A stretch of 64,000 nt of DNA from Coniocarpon cinnabarinum (taxonomy: Eukaryota): assembly GCA_051942205.1 (NCBI GenBank), contig JAVECO010000084.1:1-64000 (forward strand), given 5' to 3'. The notes under the pieces were generated by a model. It saw only the letters and a program-made list of their open reading frames with translations. It did not search any database and was not told the DNA's origin. Positions 49,550-61,733 of the stretch are shown in pieces. The stretch's first letter is position 1. The number at the start of each line of letters is the position of its first letter. Made by a program: the position numbers and the translations under genes.

Positions 49550-50236
49550 ATGACGCCTCAGTTTGCAACGGCGCTGCATCATACATTACAATTCTGTTCC
49601 GAAGAGCAGTCAGGGCAAGCTCAACCTGGTCTGGTGTACCAACAACCGCCAGGCCAAAAGAAGATCAAGCGAGAGCTACCCGCGCAGTCAGTATCCAACT
49701 CTGTTGTTCAGTCCGCCCAAAGATCAGCCGGTCCGCAATCTGTTGTGAGGTCAGCAGGAGGAGCATCTGTGACGAGGTCGGCTGGCGATCAATCCGTCGT
49801 CAGATCTGCCGGCGGCGCTTCAGTGACGAGGTCCGCTGGGGGTGCTTCAGTGACGCGTTCTGCCGGTGGTGCATCCGTCACTCGCTCCGCCGGCCCATCC
49901 GCTTCTGTCGTGCGTTCAGCAACACGCTCGGTCTACGGTTCTGTGACGAGATCAGCGGGTCATTCAGCTTCGGTGATGCGGTCTGTGTATGGCTCCGCAG
50001 TACGGTCTGCGGGGCCATCAGCGTCCGTGGCGCGGTCAGCAAGACCCTCAGCCTCAGTGACGAGATCCGCTGGACCATCGGCATCCGTCGTTCGGTCGGT
50101 GACGAGGTCGGTGACGCGTTCTGCGCCTATGCAGAGCGTCACGGCATCAGTTTATCAGGGACGCGCCTCACCTCGGGGCTCACAAGCACCAGCATTGTCA
50201 GTAGACATGCCACCCGATTTGCGACGCATGCGATGA
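49550..50236 (+). CDS. Low-complexity protein segment with tandem (S-V-T/V-R-S-A-G-x-x) repeats; 5' end unresolved
   Basis: Repeats of about 27 bp over 49720-50125 with about 17 xRS units; amino acids conserved while codons vary. Confidence 0.6.
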   Translation: MTPQFATALHHTLQFCSEEQSGQAQPGLVYQQPPGQKKIKRELPAQSVSNSVVQSAQRSAGPQSVVRSAGGASVTRSAGDQSVVRSAGGASVTRSAGGASVTRSAGGASVTRSAGPSASVVRSATRSVYGSVTRSAGHSASVMRSVYGSAVRSAGPSASVARSARPSASVTRSAGPSASVVRSVTRSVTRSAPMQSVTASVYQGRASPRGSQAPALSVDMPPDLRRMR

Positions 50237-51514
50237 GCCCCTTGGACTGTTGATTTCAAAGCGGAGATACCCAACCTTACGACCTTGGACCACTACAGAC
50301 CTCACTACTACTACTAATTTTCTATCTAATAAGAACAAATTCTCGTACTCGACCACCACAATAATTGCATGTCCTTGGCACAGGACCGGATGCCGGCGTT
50401 GAAAAATCCACTATAGACTTGGGAGGGAACGATTTGCAGCAGGCCCGGGGCGGAAGGTCTCGCTTGCACATATTCAAGAGACCAGCGTCCGGAGAAGAAA
50501 CCTCGACGAGCGAGGTCACGACGATCTGAAGAGCAGGCCGATTGTACAGGGGGTTTGTCAATACTCGCAACCCATTCGAAGCTACTGAGCAACACGCGAT
50601 GCTGTTGCTCTGCTGAATGCTATGGACTGACGGGATGTCTGGCTCAGCGATGTCGTCTGAAACGATCCCGGAGCTCACTATGGCGTGTCGCGCCATCTGT
50701 TGAAACACCAACAGTATGTACATACATAACATCACATCAAGACAAGCATCATCATCCGAGACCGCAAGCTCTGCAGTCCTTACACATCTCCCTATGCAGT
50801 ATTTGTGAAACGTTTCCTTTGTGTGTGACACACGCGGTCTGCAATCTCAAACTACCTAATGTCGCACAACGTGTGTCATCGTGAGCTTCCACGAGCATCG
50901 CATTCCAATCCCCCATGTCTGAGCTGCCTTTCCTCAATCGCGAGCTTTCCCAACATCTCTGACAGTGCTCACTATTGCCCCCACTTCCTTGTGCTGCCAG
51001 CATTCACATGCAACCGACGCGTCGAGACGCCCTCTACAGATTTGCGTCCTCCCCGCATGCTCACGTCTCTCGAGTGTCGGGGACGGTGGGTGGGGGAGGT
51101 GGGGGTTGAGAGGGAGGGCGGGGGAGGAGGAGGAACCACCCTTTGCCTGAGGATCTCTATACCTACATACCAGCGTCCTCTTCGCTTGCCCGCGACTCTT
51201 GCTTGCGCTTGAACTCAAGCAGCATCAGAGTGTGGAATACGCTGCGCACACCTCGTCCAGCTTCCTCGGTCCGACGACTAGACTCCGCAATTCTGTCTGC
51301 GCTTGCGGCGCTCGCCGATTGCAGTGTCAATACTAGCGAGTCAGCGCATTGCAGGATCGACACAGCGCCCTGCATGCAGATTTATGACAGATGGGTCTGA
51401 CCATCTGATTGGTGCGACGTGGGACAGAGATTGTGAAGACGTGCGTGCGGTGTGATGCACAGCTCATGCGTGCGTGCGGTGTGGTGATGATAAGAGAAGA
51501 CGTATTGGTGATGT

Positions 51515-51688
51515 GAGCGTATGAAGAGGCGACGTGATGACGTGCGCGTTCTGTCCACTCCGTCGGCTTGGCGGTTCTCTGGTATGCAGCGCGGAGAAAC
51601 CACAGTCACCGCCCCATTAAGACACACAAACTGAGGCGTTTTGGTTATGCGAGCGTATGAAAAGGCGACGTGATGACGTGCGCGTTCT
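51515..51688. repeat. 38-bp direct repeat pair, 136 bp apart
   Basis: GAGCGTATGAA(G/A)AGGCGACGTGATGACGTGCGCGTTCT at 51515-51552 and 51651-51688, one mismatch. Confidence 0.9.
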
Positions 51689-52664
51689 CTTCGAACAGAT
51701 GGATGTTCTGTTCTGCAGCGGATATGCAACGCAGCCGTTACAATCCGGGGCGTGACAGGAGCGCAACGACTGCACTGACACCTTTCGCGGAAAACATGGA
51801 CGACTGGTCTCTAGCAGAGCCGCTTTGCAGGGCAATGCAACCGCACAGCAACACCTTGAAAAATACAGAATCCAATCAACACCCTCGAGAAGCGAGGCAA
51901 AAATCACGCTCTCTCGCTACCAGCTCACAGCGCTACGTGAGAGCGTCAGCCACAATAAGTACACGCGCCACAGGTTCCCCTTCGTTTCGGCGACAAGACC
52001 AACAGCGGCTAAACGCCCCAGCGGCGCCCTCCGTCGCGCGGTCATCTCTTCGGAGTACTGTACCAAACACTTCTTGCGGCATTAATGAACCTCGGAGCGC
52101 AACCTTGTAACGGTCTTCTCCTCACGCCTGTCACGACATTCTGGCAAGAAGACAACGTGATCGACTGTGCAGAGCGTTGCTGCGTCTGGCAATGGCCGAG
52201 GGGATCGGCGCTGCTCTGCGGGGCTCTGTCGCCGTTTGGGGGAAGCCGTGCGCGCGTCGATGTGAGACTTGCGACAACCACAGATGTACATTTTCCTGCT
52301 GTCTTGGTCTTGCTGACATGTGAAAGATCCATGAAAAGCCGTGGTGGTCGATCGTTCCTTGGACCGCGCGGGGGACTAGAGATGCGAGATCTAGCCGCTC
52401 AGGGTTTGTGCTGGACTCGAGCGCCGAGGGTCTTGAGCCCCACGTCGGCGAGGGTGAAGCTAAGAAGCGCTGTGTAAAGTGGAATGCGAGCTTACCGGAG
52501 CTCTTAAAGGCTGCTATGCTGTGTGCAGGAGCGCTGAGGGGAAGCGACGCGACAGTGGGGCGGAGCGGAAGTGTAGGAGTGGGAGGTCATACAGTAAGTC
52601 AACTCAGCTAAGCTCTTCTACTTCACTTCACTTTGACAGCAGCTCGACAAGACTGACGTGTCTA

Positions 52665-53543
52665 CTACCTACGTGAGACACGATCCAGCAGTGCCCTAGT
52701 AGTCAGTCCTTTCAACTCCAAGTAAGATGGTATCCCAGCGAGCATGCCGTTGCCGTGGTCGTTGAATTCCGCGTCCAACCTCCCCTTGAAGCCGTGTTTC
52801 CAGGCTTTCTTCTCAGAGACGTCCATCAGATTCAACGCCTCGCTCCAGTACAGTTCGTCGCCAGAGTCTACAGCCTCACGAACGACTTGACGGCTGGCAA
52901 GCTCATCGATCGCTCGCCGAGCAATCAGCGACAGCTTCTCGGCCGTCTCCGTCATATATTCTTCATCCCATTCTCCCCACTCATTCATCTTTTTGATATG
53001 CCCGTCGAGCTGGTCCGACAGCGCCTTCCAGGACTCGTCATTTGATAGCATGCCCAGCACATCTTGGTGAATTCCCAGGACTTTGAGGACGAGATGAAAC
53101 GAGTTGTTCCTGTAATCAATGACGGTTGAGATCCATCTACTGAGACGATTGTAGCCTGAAAACGGATATGATTGTGGTACGAGTATAGACCCGAGTATCC
53201 TTTGCAGTAGTAGGTCATCCCTCACGCACGCTGATTGAGAATCGGTATCGTTGCTATTGGCAGTCTCGGAAGCGTTTCCTTGGTTGCGCGGGGCTCCCTG
53301 CGATTCAATATGACAGTCCGTCATCTCGATGTCGTTCATTTGAGAACAAGCTTTTGTCTCTGCTTGTATGTTACAACTATTGGGGCTATCGCACCAGTCT
53401 CGAAGATCAGCTGGATAATCCACGTAATTGACATACGTTTCCAGTGCCTGCTGGTCTTCGACGGACATGTCCAGGTCGTCGAGTCCCAACAAGTGATCGA
53501 AGAGCCCGTCCGCATCGTCGTGGATATCAGAAAGCTGTGTCAT
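52665..53543 (-). CDS. Acidic orphan protein (292 aa)
   Basis: Intronless ATG-initiated ORF; acidic N-terminus, helical-looking C-terminal half; no family recognised. Confidence 0.65.
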   Translation of the reverse strand: MTQLSDIHDDADGLFDHLLGLDDLDMSVEDQQALETYVNYVDYPADLRDWCDSPNSCNIQAETKACSQMNDIEMTDCHIESQGAPRNQGNASETANSNDTDSQSACVRDDLLLQRILGSILVPQSYPFSGYNRLSRWISTVIDYRNNSFHLVLKVLGIHQDVLGMLSNDESWKALSDQLDGHIKKMNEWGEWDEEYMTETAEKLSLIARRAIDELASRQVVREAVDSGDELYWSEALNLMDVSEKKAWKHGFKGRLDAEFNDHGNGMLAGIPSYLELKGLTTRALLDRVSRR

Positions 53544-54846
53544 CCTCGCAGATCTTGTTGCAAATCCCTATGCAATATAAACAAATCAATGTTCATGATG
53601 CTTGCTGCGCACCCTAGGTTTTTATGATAGCACGTGGGACGCAGCGTTGCCTCCGCAAACTGTTTCGACATACGCGACTGGACGTCCTGGTTTGTTTTGG
53701 AGGGCGCAAGAGAGCGCCTCTGACGTGCGTATGCAAAGGCAGAAGACGCAGTTTGTCGCGGTTCGTCGCGGTTCGCGCCGGGCTCGTAGAGCGATGCAAC
53801 GCTTAGCACCGGCTTCATCGTGCGCACTCAAACACTCGATACCAACACGAACATCACTAACAACAGACACGAACCTATGGTGAACTTGCCAGAACTTCTC
53901 TTGCCTCCTGCGAACGCTCTGCCTAGAATCAGATGGTGTATCTTACTTCGGAATGAAATGCAAAAACGGAACACACACTTAAGCCTGATGAGGCCCACAT
54001 GAAGAGAAAAATGGACAATGATCATTGTTACACGTAGCAGATACAGCTGGTTGGAGAGGCCAAGCCCTATTAAAAGGCCGATTATGTCTCCTTGCTAGGG
54101 CACAAGTCGAAGATGGAGCTGGACCAGAGACATCAGCGTGCCCATTCTTATAGGAGACAGTAGATCACGTGACCGTGACAGCAATGTTTCTTGACCAGGG
54201 TAAGAAACGCGCTACGGATCATCAACTCCTACCCTCAACTTGGGTACTCCCAAAGGTTCGATGTCCTTGGTACGAAGCAAACCCTCTGACCGCTTGACCG
54301 TTAGTTCTGAAAGCCCAATTATGATCAGTCGAGCCGCACCTATTGCTCAAGATGGGGACCAGGCTTCCCAACCCGCAACGACCGTCTTATATCTTGACCA
54401 AGCCAGTGAGCAGACACAGACGTTCCTTGCCGGATCTTGGTGACCGACCGCTCGCTTTGGTTATCCCTTCTCAACTCGATGGCTGAACTTGGAACAGCGA
54501 CGTCGATCCACAAGGACCTCCGCCATTCTTACGTTCCGAGCTTTCGCCATACTGCCTTTGTTGGGATGATTCAACAAGATTAAGGCCACACATGAAGAAT
54601 ATTGGGATGGATTAGAACATAAGAAGTGGGGTCATGCTCTTTCCGTTGCAAACCAGCTGAAAAATTGGGCTATGCAAGAGATAAAATAACAGATATACAG
54701 CCTTGATTTGCTCGTCTGACAATGTCAATTGGCTACGCTGCCATGCGCTGCGTGATCAAAAAGCATCGTTGTCAACCTCAAGCGCACGACATGACCTAGA
54801 GCCTGGCAAAGTCTGCTGCGCTTGCAACGCCTCGTCCATATCGTCC

Positions 54847-55095
54847 CTATCTGTTATATAACTCTCGCTTGTGCTCGTCGCACCTCTGACAATCTGGCTG
54901 TTGCCCCTCTGGAGTTCCCTCACCGGATTTGCAGTTGTGGTTTTCCCACTTCCTATTTGTATAAGTCCTCCTCCTAGCTCTTTCACAGTCAGTATTGCCG
55001 CAATCGCCTTGGTCTTTTGGTTCGATGTGTCTGAAATTCCCGCACTTGTGGCACCATTCGACAACCTCGTGCCACGTGCAGTTGCACTTGCCCAT
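54847..55095 (-). CDS. Cys-rich microprotein, array member 1 (82 aa, intronless)
   Basis: MGKCNCTWHEVVEWCHKCGNF..DCGNTDC..PDCQRCDEH; contains C-x8-C-x2-C and terminal C-x2-C. Confidence 0.7.
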   Translation of the reverse strand: MGKCNCTWHEVVEWCHKCGNFRHIEPKDQGDCGNTDCERARRRTYTNRKWENHNCKSGEGTPEGQQPDCQRCDEHKRELYNR

Positions 55096-56661
55096 GTCGA
55101 CAGATATTGGAGGTACTTGGGGTGAAAAACTTGATGATAAATGCTGATAAGAGGCTTCGATGCTGGAAGATATACTTGGAGTCGCACGAGAGTGTTGGTG
55201 AATGCAGAGGGGATCTCGCTTGAGCAAGAGGCAGGGGCTCCTTTTCTAGTGATGAGATGGCTCTTAGTGTTATTAGTTGTCATATTCAAAGCTACACAAA
55301 CCACCTGGCACAATGCAAAGCGGCAAAACGGCCTGTTGCAAAACACTCTAAACATCAAGACTAGCTCTCTCGGCGAGAACCAAAGTACTGCCATGCTACA
55401 CGCAGAAATCATGATCCAAGGCTATGCTGTCGCACATATCAGGGTCGGGAGAGCTGCCTGATTTACATCCTTCCTTTGGACTGCCCAGACATGCTCGAAT
55501 GGCGCTTTGCACCGGGCTTCGAAGCGATGCCATCGATTGCAAATCTGCCAATACCTTGGGCTGACATCTACCGCCTGGCGTCGCTCGCAGCCTGTTGGAA
55601 CGACCGCCCGCGCAGACCGCGCTGTTGCGACAAATGCCGAGGTAGGGTCTGATTCAGGAATTGCAAGCAAAACGTGCCAACAAACATGTGGTCTGGGCAA
55701 TCTGAAAACGTGTCCGGTCCTAATACACAGAGCTGATATCACGTGACTACAATTCGCAAATTGCGTCAGGATGGAGGTGTCTTGGCCCCATCCCACGCTT
55801 CACGCTTGTTTCAACCATGTCCTCGGTCATGGAGCGCATTCAGCGTTTTGGCGATTGGTCTTACAATAACGGACGTCACAAGGCGTCGTCACTGCAGTGT
55901 GTGCTGCGCGCATAAATGGCGGCTCGGTCAAGGATGAAACACGAGAGTCAGCGAACGACTTGGCTTTTGGCGGTCCTTCAACGATGCAGGAGCAAAATCG
56001 GTATCACTGCCGCTTGTCTTCTTTGACCGGTTCCTTGGTCAGTGCCAGTTTCATGATTAGCATGCGAGAACTGAGACATCACGTGGATTTTCGGAAACTC
56101 GGCAAGTCTCATCTTTGTTTTAACATGGCTGAGGCACGTTGCAAGGTATTCGTAAGGGCGTTGCTGAACAATGGGAACTTCAAAAGATCATCGCCCAAAA
56201 GCGTTAACGCATGTGGTTCTTTGAATCAACTCACATCACTGAGCATGGAACATTGATATCATTACAGCCACAGACAGTGACATGGCTTTGGTGTTCATTG
56301 TCGCAATGCTCAAATTGGATTCGGTCCGCGTGTCACTTGCCGAGCCAACACACTGTCATCAGCGGGCTATCGTCGGAGGTTGCTAGAGAGACGCTTCTTA
56401 CATGATCTGATCAGCAGCGGCCGCAGCCGCAGCCGCCAGATTGTGCCCTGACTACTCTTCGTGTCGGACGCGGTCCTGCAGTCAATGTTTGTCATTGAAT
56501 TGTTATGATCTCCAAATTACACCAGACGCTTGGGCTGTCATACTTGGCATGCTAATAGGATGAAGCATGACGCTCTTCTTCACGACCTTTCGCTCGCTTG
56601 CAAGAAATGCATTGACGACCCCTGAGGCGAGCTGTACTGAACACTGCGAATGGGCTCCTAG

Positions 56662-56926
56662 TCAGCAAGTGCCATAACATGGCCAACAGGACATATTCAT
56701 ACTGGGGCCCAACAGCATCGCATCTCGTCGCTGGTCTCTCGGAATGTAGTACGGGCTGTTGCGGGAAGCACAACGTCTCAAAGCCACAAAAACGCAGCAC
56801 CGCTTGACGTGGGAAGCCAGCTGCTCTTCACGTACGCCTTGACAAGCAGTTCCACTCATTGACATGAATCTTCTGGTTACCATGGCACACGGTACATTGA
56901 ATAATCTCGCAAGACTTCCAGCACAT
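56662..56926 (-). pseudogene. Cys-rich microprotein, array member 2 (disrupted or unresolved splicing)
   Basis: MCWKSCEIIQCTVCHGNQKIHVNEWNCLSR, then a GTACGT..CAACAG intron-like segment; the family-like PYY..CWPC lies downstream but is out of phase by one base. Confidence 0.55.
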
Positions 56927-57171
56927 TGTCGGATGAACACGGACGTATACACAAAGTCTTCCAGGCTCTTTTCGACAGAGGTTTCTGAACTGCAACTGTT
57001 TGAAAGTTTAAAGATGCTAAGGTAGTGATTCTGCGATCATGTACGGGTTGCTTCGCTCCGGGAACAAAAAAAAAGAGGTGGGTGCCTCTATCAACCCTGG
57101 GCTACCTACGCGACATGCAAAGTCTAGTTGCCAAGCCAGCCAAACACATCTCGCGCGCAACAAACACTCCT

Positions 57172-57340
57172 CTGCAAAGATCACAGACAAAGGTCGTTGC
57201 CGAGTTCCAGTCTAGGCGACGAGCCTATACAATGAGCACAATACAAGTCGCAAAGCTATGTGTACAACGGCGAAAGCCGTTCAGAGCTCATTAGACGCTC
57301 AATATCGTGCGGGATAGACTCTCCTACGACAACCCTGCCG
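57172..57340 (+). repeat. Fold-back (MITE-like) dispersed repeat, copy F
   Basis: CTGCAAAGATCACAGACAAAGGTCGTTGCCGAGTTCCAGTCTAGGCGACGAGC..GTCGCAAAGC..CGGCGAAAGCCG..CCCTGCCG; 169 bp. Confidence 0.8.
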
Positions 57341-57441
57341 CTAGTTCTGTGCTGCTCTCGGACGTCACTTTCCATGACACCCGAGGACATGTTGCCTTTG
57401 CGTCAGCAAGGATGACAGCGCTCCCCAAGATCATGTATCTG

Positions 57442-57630
57442 TTAGGTCGTCGTTCGAAGACGAAAAGTCAGGATCCAGCACATGTGACAGTATTCGAAGA
57501 TCTCTGGAAGGGTTCGAACGGCTTGACGTTGCCGATCACATCGTTGACCACATGGTATGATACGATGGAAGACCTTCCGCTGGCGCGTACAGACATAACA
57601 GCCGTATACCTTGTTCTCACGGATGCACAT
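57442..57630 (-). CDS. Cys-rich microprotein, array member 3 (62 aa, intronless)
   Basis: MCIRENKVYGCYVC..IIPCGQRC..EYCHMC; full motif present. Confidence 0.7.
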   Translation of the reverse strand: MCIRENKVYGCYVCTRQRKVFHRIIPCGQRCDRQRQAVRTLPEIFEYCHMCWILTFRLRTTT

Positions 57631-59460
57631 GGTATGCCGATCTTGGACGACTGCTGCAGGGACTCTGTCGTGTTCGATATGAACAAGCTAATGATGTTGA
57701 GGGACGTAATAATCTGAGAAGTCGGTTGATGACGAGTTGTCATTCCAACGGGAAGCAAGCAAGGAAGAATAGGAAAGCCCCTTTGGGTTGAGCAAGGTGC
57801 AGACGCTGGAGGCAAGAGCGAGGAGGCGTCTGCCATTTGTTATTAAGAGCTGCGCACAATGCTCGCCTCCAGGGATTTGTCAGATCTTGTCAATCAAAGA
57901 CTAGGTACAGTCGTTCTGCCTTCACGACCGTATCAATATTTCGGGATTTGAAAGCTGAGTTCAGTACAAATGTATCAAGGCTAGACAAGTCTGAGAGTCT
58001 GTCTGCTTCAGTGCCGGCGAGAGAAACTCGGCGCCTCGTGCTTGAAAACTTGTTACTTGGTCCGCTACATACTCTATTAGAAACCAGTTGGTTTCATACT
58101 TAGCTTGTCGTCCTAAGTACAGGGCGACGACTTTGGCAACCTTCAGTAGCTCGGAGAGGCTCGACAAGCTTGCTCTGTTGATGCGTTGGCAGTCCGCTTT
58201 AAGAAACCTTCACAAGCGTGGTGCTCCGAACAGTATTCGCGATGACGCATAGTTGAACAACGACACCGACTGATAGCAAGAGTTAAGTTTCAGCAGCGTC
58301 TGTGGCACCATGCCCTTTGAAAATGCTGTGCAAGAAACGGGATCCATGAGGAACATGCAACAAATATACACAAGGTGTTGCAAACGCGCCTGATCGATAG
58401 GTGCCTGAGTCTGCAGACTGGGAGGAACACAGCCCTACTGAGCGTGGCGATGCAAGGCTATCATTGGCTAGACATGAGGTGCTCTTGCTAAGACATGATC
58501 TCAAGTTTTGAGCCGCATGCCGTATGGTTCGCATTAGGTCTCGTGAACAAGCCCGTATGCCTGTTCTACATGCTTGGAAACGCTACAGCCTGGACGACGC
58601 GCTTTCTGCCGTGCAAGGAGTTTCTGGGCCAACGGTCACGTTTCGCTGATACTCAAGCTGAGCGTGGTTTAAGCTTGGCGACTTGGTATCTATGAGACAC
58701 CAGGACCTGCACTCTCTAGGTGTACTTTGCCACTGGGGGTCGCTCGAAGTCACGCATGGTCAAGAAGTGTTACGCATAGCCTAGTGTTAGGCGCACTAGG
58801 ACTATTAATGCTAATTAGCACCAGCTTTCTACCCGATATACGGCGTCAGTAATTTCAATTACACGATGACGCCCAGATTCCAAAGAACGTAGTGTTGACC
58901 TTAGGAGCCTCCTGTTAGGTCTCGGCACGTACGAGAGAGCTTTGGCTGCGGCAAGGGCGTCTCGAGCTTGAAGCTTTGCCCGAACTTTGAGAAAAATCAG
59001 AAAGCCACCGAAACAGGCAAGATGAGATTGTTCCGCGGAGTAGGGAGATTCACAAGTGAGAGCAGCTTCAAATGTCCAGTTGAAAGAAATTCCGAGGCTG
59101 CTCGATGTTTCATGCATTGTGCCATCAGCATGATCGCAGCTCAAGGTTGTGCCCATAACTATGTTAAAACAAAACATGGCCGTCTCTTGTACCCCTTTTA
59201 CCAAGACCTCCACCGAATGTACGCCCTAGAGATGTCTCAGGACGTCAACATCGCCATTACGGTTTGAAGCGCCGTACACGTCAAGCCAATATTGATATTC
59301 AAGCTGCTAACGGTGGGACCATGAAATCGCCAGCTTCAAAATCGTCCTGCCAAAACCCACAGGCGTCTCCTCATCTTGGCTCCCTCAATTCCAAAGAAAA
59401 TGTGCTATACAACTGAGTGTCAGTTTGGCTGCCAGAAATCCGACCGTTTCAATGACCGTC

Positions 59461-59894
59461 TTACCTGTATCCACGGCGGCGGCGGTGACCACTCTCTCGA
59501 CGCTCACGGTCGTAACGGTGTTGAGGACGACGAGCATTCTCTCTCGGATTGTTGTGATATCGCTCACGATATTGCTGAGCCTGGCGTTCAAGTCGGCGCC
59601 GCTCTTCTGTCTGACATGCGGTACACATGTCGGAATATAATTTGTCGCGGCTGTACCACTTCCAGGTGCATTCGAACCCGTACTTGTATACCCAGTCGCA
59701 CAGGTAGTATGTGCCTGTCTCCCATTTTTTACTTCCATGGCAGACGTGACAAATCCTGCGACAATCATTAGAAACAAACTTAAGGTCTTTGAAACGACCT
59801 CATCCTCTTCGAGAAAAGGAAGTGAGACACCTTCAGGATGACATGGACCGAAGTTGGTGTCGACATACGCCTCGTTATATTTGTAGTTGCACAT
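59461..59894 (-). CDS. Cys-rich microprotein, array member 4 (106 aa, Arg-rich tail)
   Basis: Exon 59894-59869, intron 59868-59756 (GTATGT..CTAAT..CAG), exon 59755-59461: MCNYKYNEAICHVCHG..YLCDWVYKYGFEC..DMCTACQTEERRR..RRRRGYR. Confidence 0.8.
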
Positions 59895-61371
59895 ATCTGC
59901 ATGCGGTGACGCGGATTGTGCTCTCAGCTCACTGATTGAAGCGCAGGCTTATCGATGTTGTCTCGTCGAACGTTTGCAAAGGCACTGATACGTGCAGGAG
60001 AATGGTGAAGAGAAGTTGTAGAACTCACATCTAGATTGTTGAAGAGATTGATAGAAAGCGGCATGCGCTCTTATCATTAATCAGCGCAATTTGGCTGCAA
60101 AAGATTTACCGACAAACTCAAAAGCTTGACAATGCGAGGTGCAAATGCAAAGGCGCGCCAGAAGGCAAATTGAGATGACCTCTCTGTGGTAATTATGTTT
60201 GTCTCATTCATCATTACCAAGATCTTAGAATCCCTTGCTCAGGCCGGCTTTTTCGGGATTGCTTGCAAGTTCGCTGCGGCCTCCAAGCGGGCTTTGAAAT
60301 CCCTGAAATTTGACGTTTGTTTGTTTGTTTGTCTTGGCGACACAAATTTGAACAAAAGCCTGCTTTGAAAGGTAGGCAGCAGGGATGGACCGAGGCTTTT
60401 TGCGGAGCAAACTCGATTAACAATGATATACTTAGGCCAGCGCATGAGCCAAGAGGCTTCAATATCCATTGAACTGGGTGCCAAGAACACTCAACGCAAG
60501 GACATAATGACCGACTGAGAGGCGCTCAAGATCCCTCGCCAATTTCAGCACTCACCCATCACCCTTCATCCGAAGAAGAGCCTATATTGGTCATGTCAAG
60601 CATTTTGTAACGTCTGGTTACGACTTAATCTTTCTTCGATCTCATCAGGCTGTTCCACTTTGCGACTCTTTGTCTTCTCGCTCTTGGTCACGCCTTTTCT
60701 CCCGGACTGTCGCATACCTCCACCTTTCTTTGCATGCGTTGCAAGTGTCCCGTGTCTCAATTTAGATGCGTGCTTCCAAAAAACCTACTGATAGGAGTTT
60801 TGAGCTGTCCAAGGGCATATTATGACTTCACCAGTGTGAGATGTAACACGAGACCTGCAGGCTCCGCTCATGATATCGGGACAGACATTGCAAGTGAGCA
60901 AGCATTACCCACGTTAAAAAAAGAATGAAGGATAACCAACGTCGACTTGCGGTTTGCCATATAGGTGTTCACACGTGACTACTCAAGGTGAGATAGTCGG
61001 AATGATTGCTAGCGCTAGGGAACTTTATCGAGCAATGGCATGAAGTTTGCAAGAAGGTGCTCATCCGAAGCAAGTCATCTTGACCCGACAAGAATGTGAA
61101 GCGCATTCGAATGAAGGCTGTGGCATTCTTGATAGATACAAAATGTGGTAAGCACATAGGCTCTTCTTCGAAAAACGTCTATATTCGAGTCACGTGGGTC
61201 TTCGGCCGTGACTGAGTATGACTGACAGACCATCCTACGCTCAGGAACAAGATGAGCCCACTTCAAGAACGTGAACGATGTTCGACCACGGCGCTGAGTG
61301 GCGTAACTCGCTGAAACATATGAAGAAGGTCATTACCATCTCTTGAGGCTTGTCGATTTTGTTGAGTTACT

Positions 61372-61733
61372 TCAACGTGTCTTTTGCTGCCCCTCCCGGT
61401 GCTTAATTTCACCTTTGAGTTCCTTGATCTTCCCTTCCATAATTAGGATCCGACACCGCATGCAGTAGCCTTCATCTACACGGCCGTTGATCAAGCACAC
61501 ACGGCAAGGTATGTCCCCTCTGCTTCTCGCCAATGGGCAGAGAGTCATTCCGTCTCTGATTTCATCTGTGTAGCGGGGACAGTCGTTGCAGCGTCTACGG
61601 ATACAAAGAAGTCAGTCCTCCATTCTTCGAATATCGGTGTCTAAAGAGAGGGGCAAATAAGTGTGGTCATGCAAGGAAGTTATCCTAAAATACGTTGCTT
61701 GACATACACCTGAAATCGGTGTTCTGCGCACAT
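61372..61733 (-). CDS. Cys-rich microprotein, array member 5 (82 aa)
   Basis: Exon 61733-61708, intron 61707-61595 (GTATGT..ACTGAC..TAG), exon 61594-61372: MCAEHRFQVRCNDC..TLCPLARSRGDIPC..GYCMRC. Confidence 0.8.

Noticed and set aside
49720..50125. Regularly spaced repeats as a CRISPR array
   Set aside because: Eukaryotic context, no unique spacers, and conservation is at the peptide level.
57307..57717. 136-aa plus-strand ORF
   Set aside because: Begins inside repeat copy F and is antisense to array member 3; probably a shadow ORF.
59385..59894. 169-aa ORF in the supplied track
   Set aside because: Reads through an intron; the spliced Cys-rich frame is better supported.
60315..60333. Short (GTTT)n run
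   Set aside because: Ordinary microsatellite.
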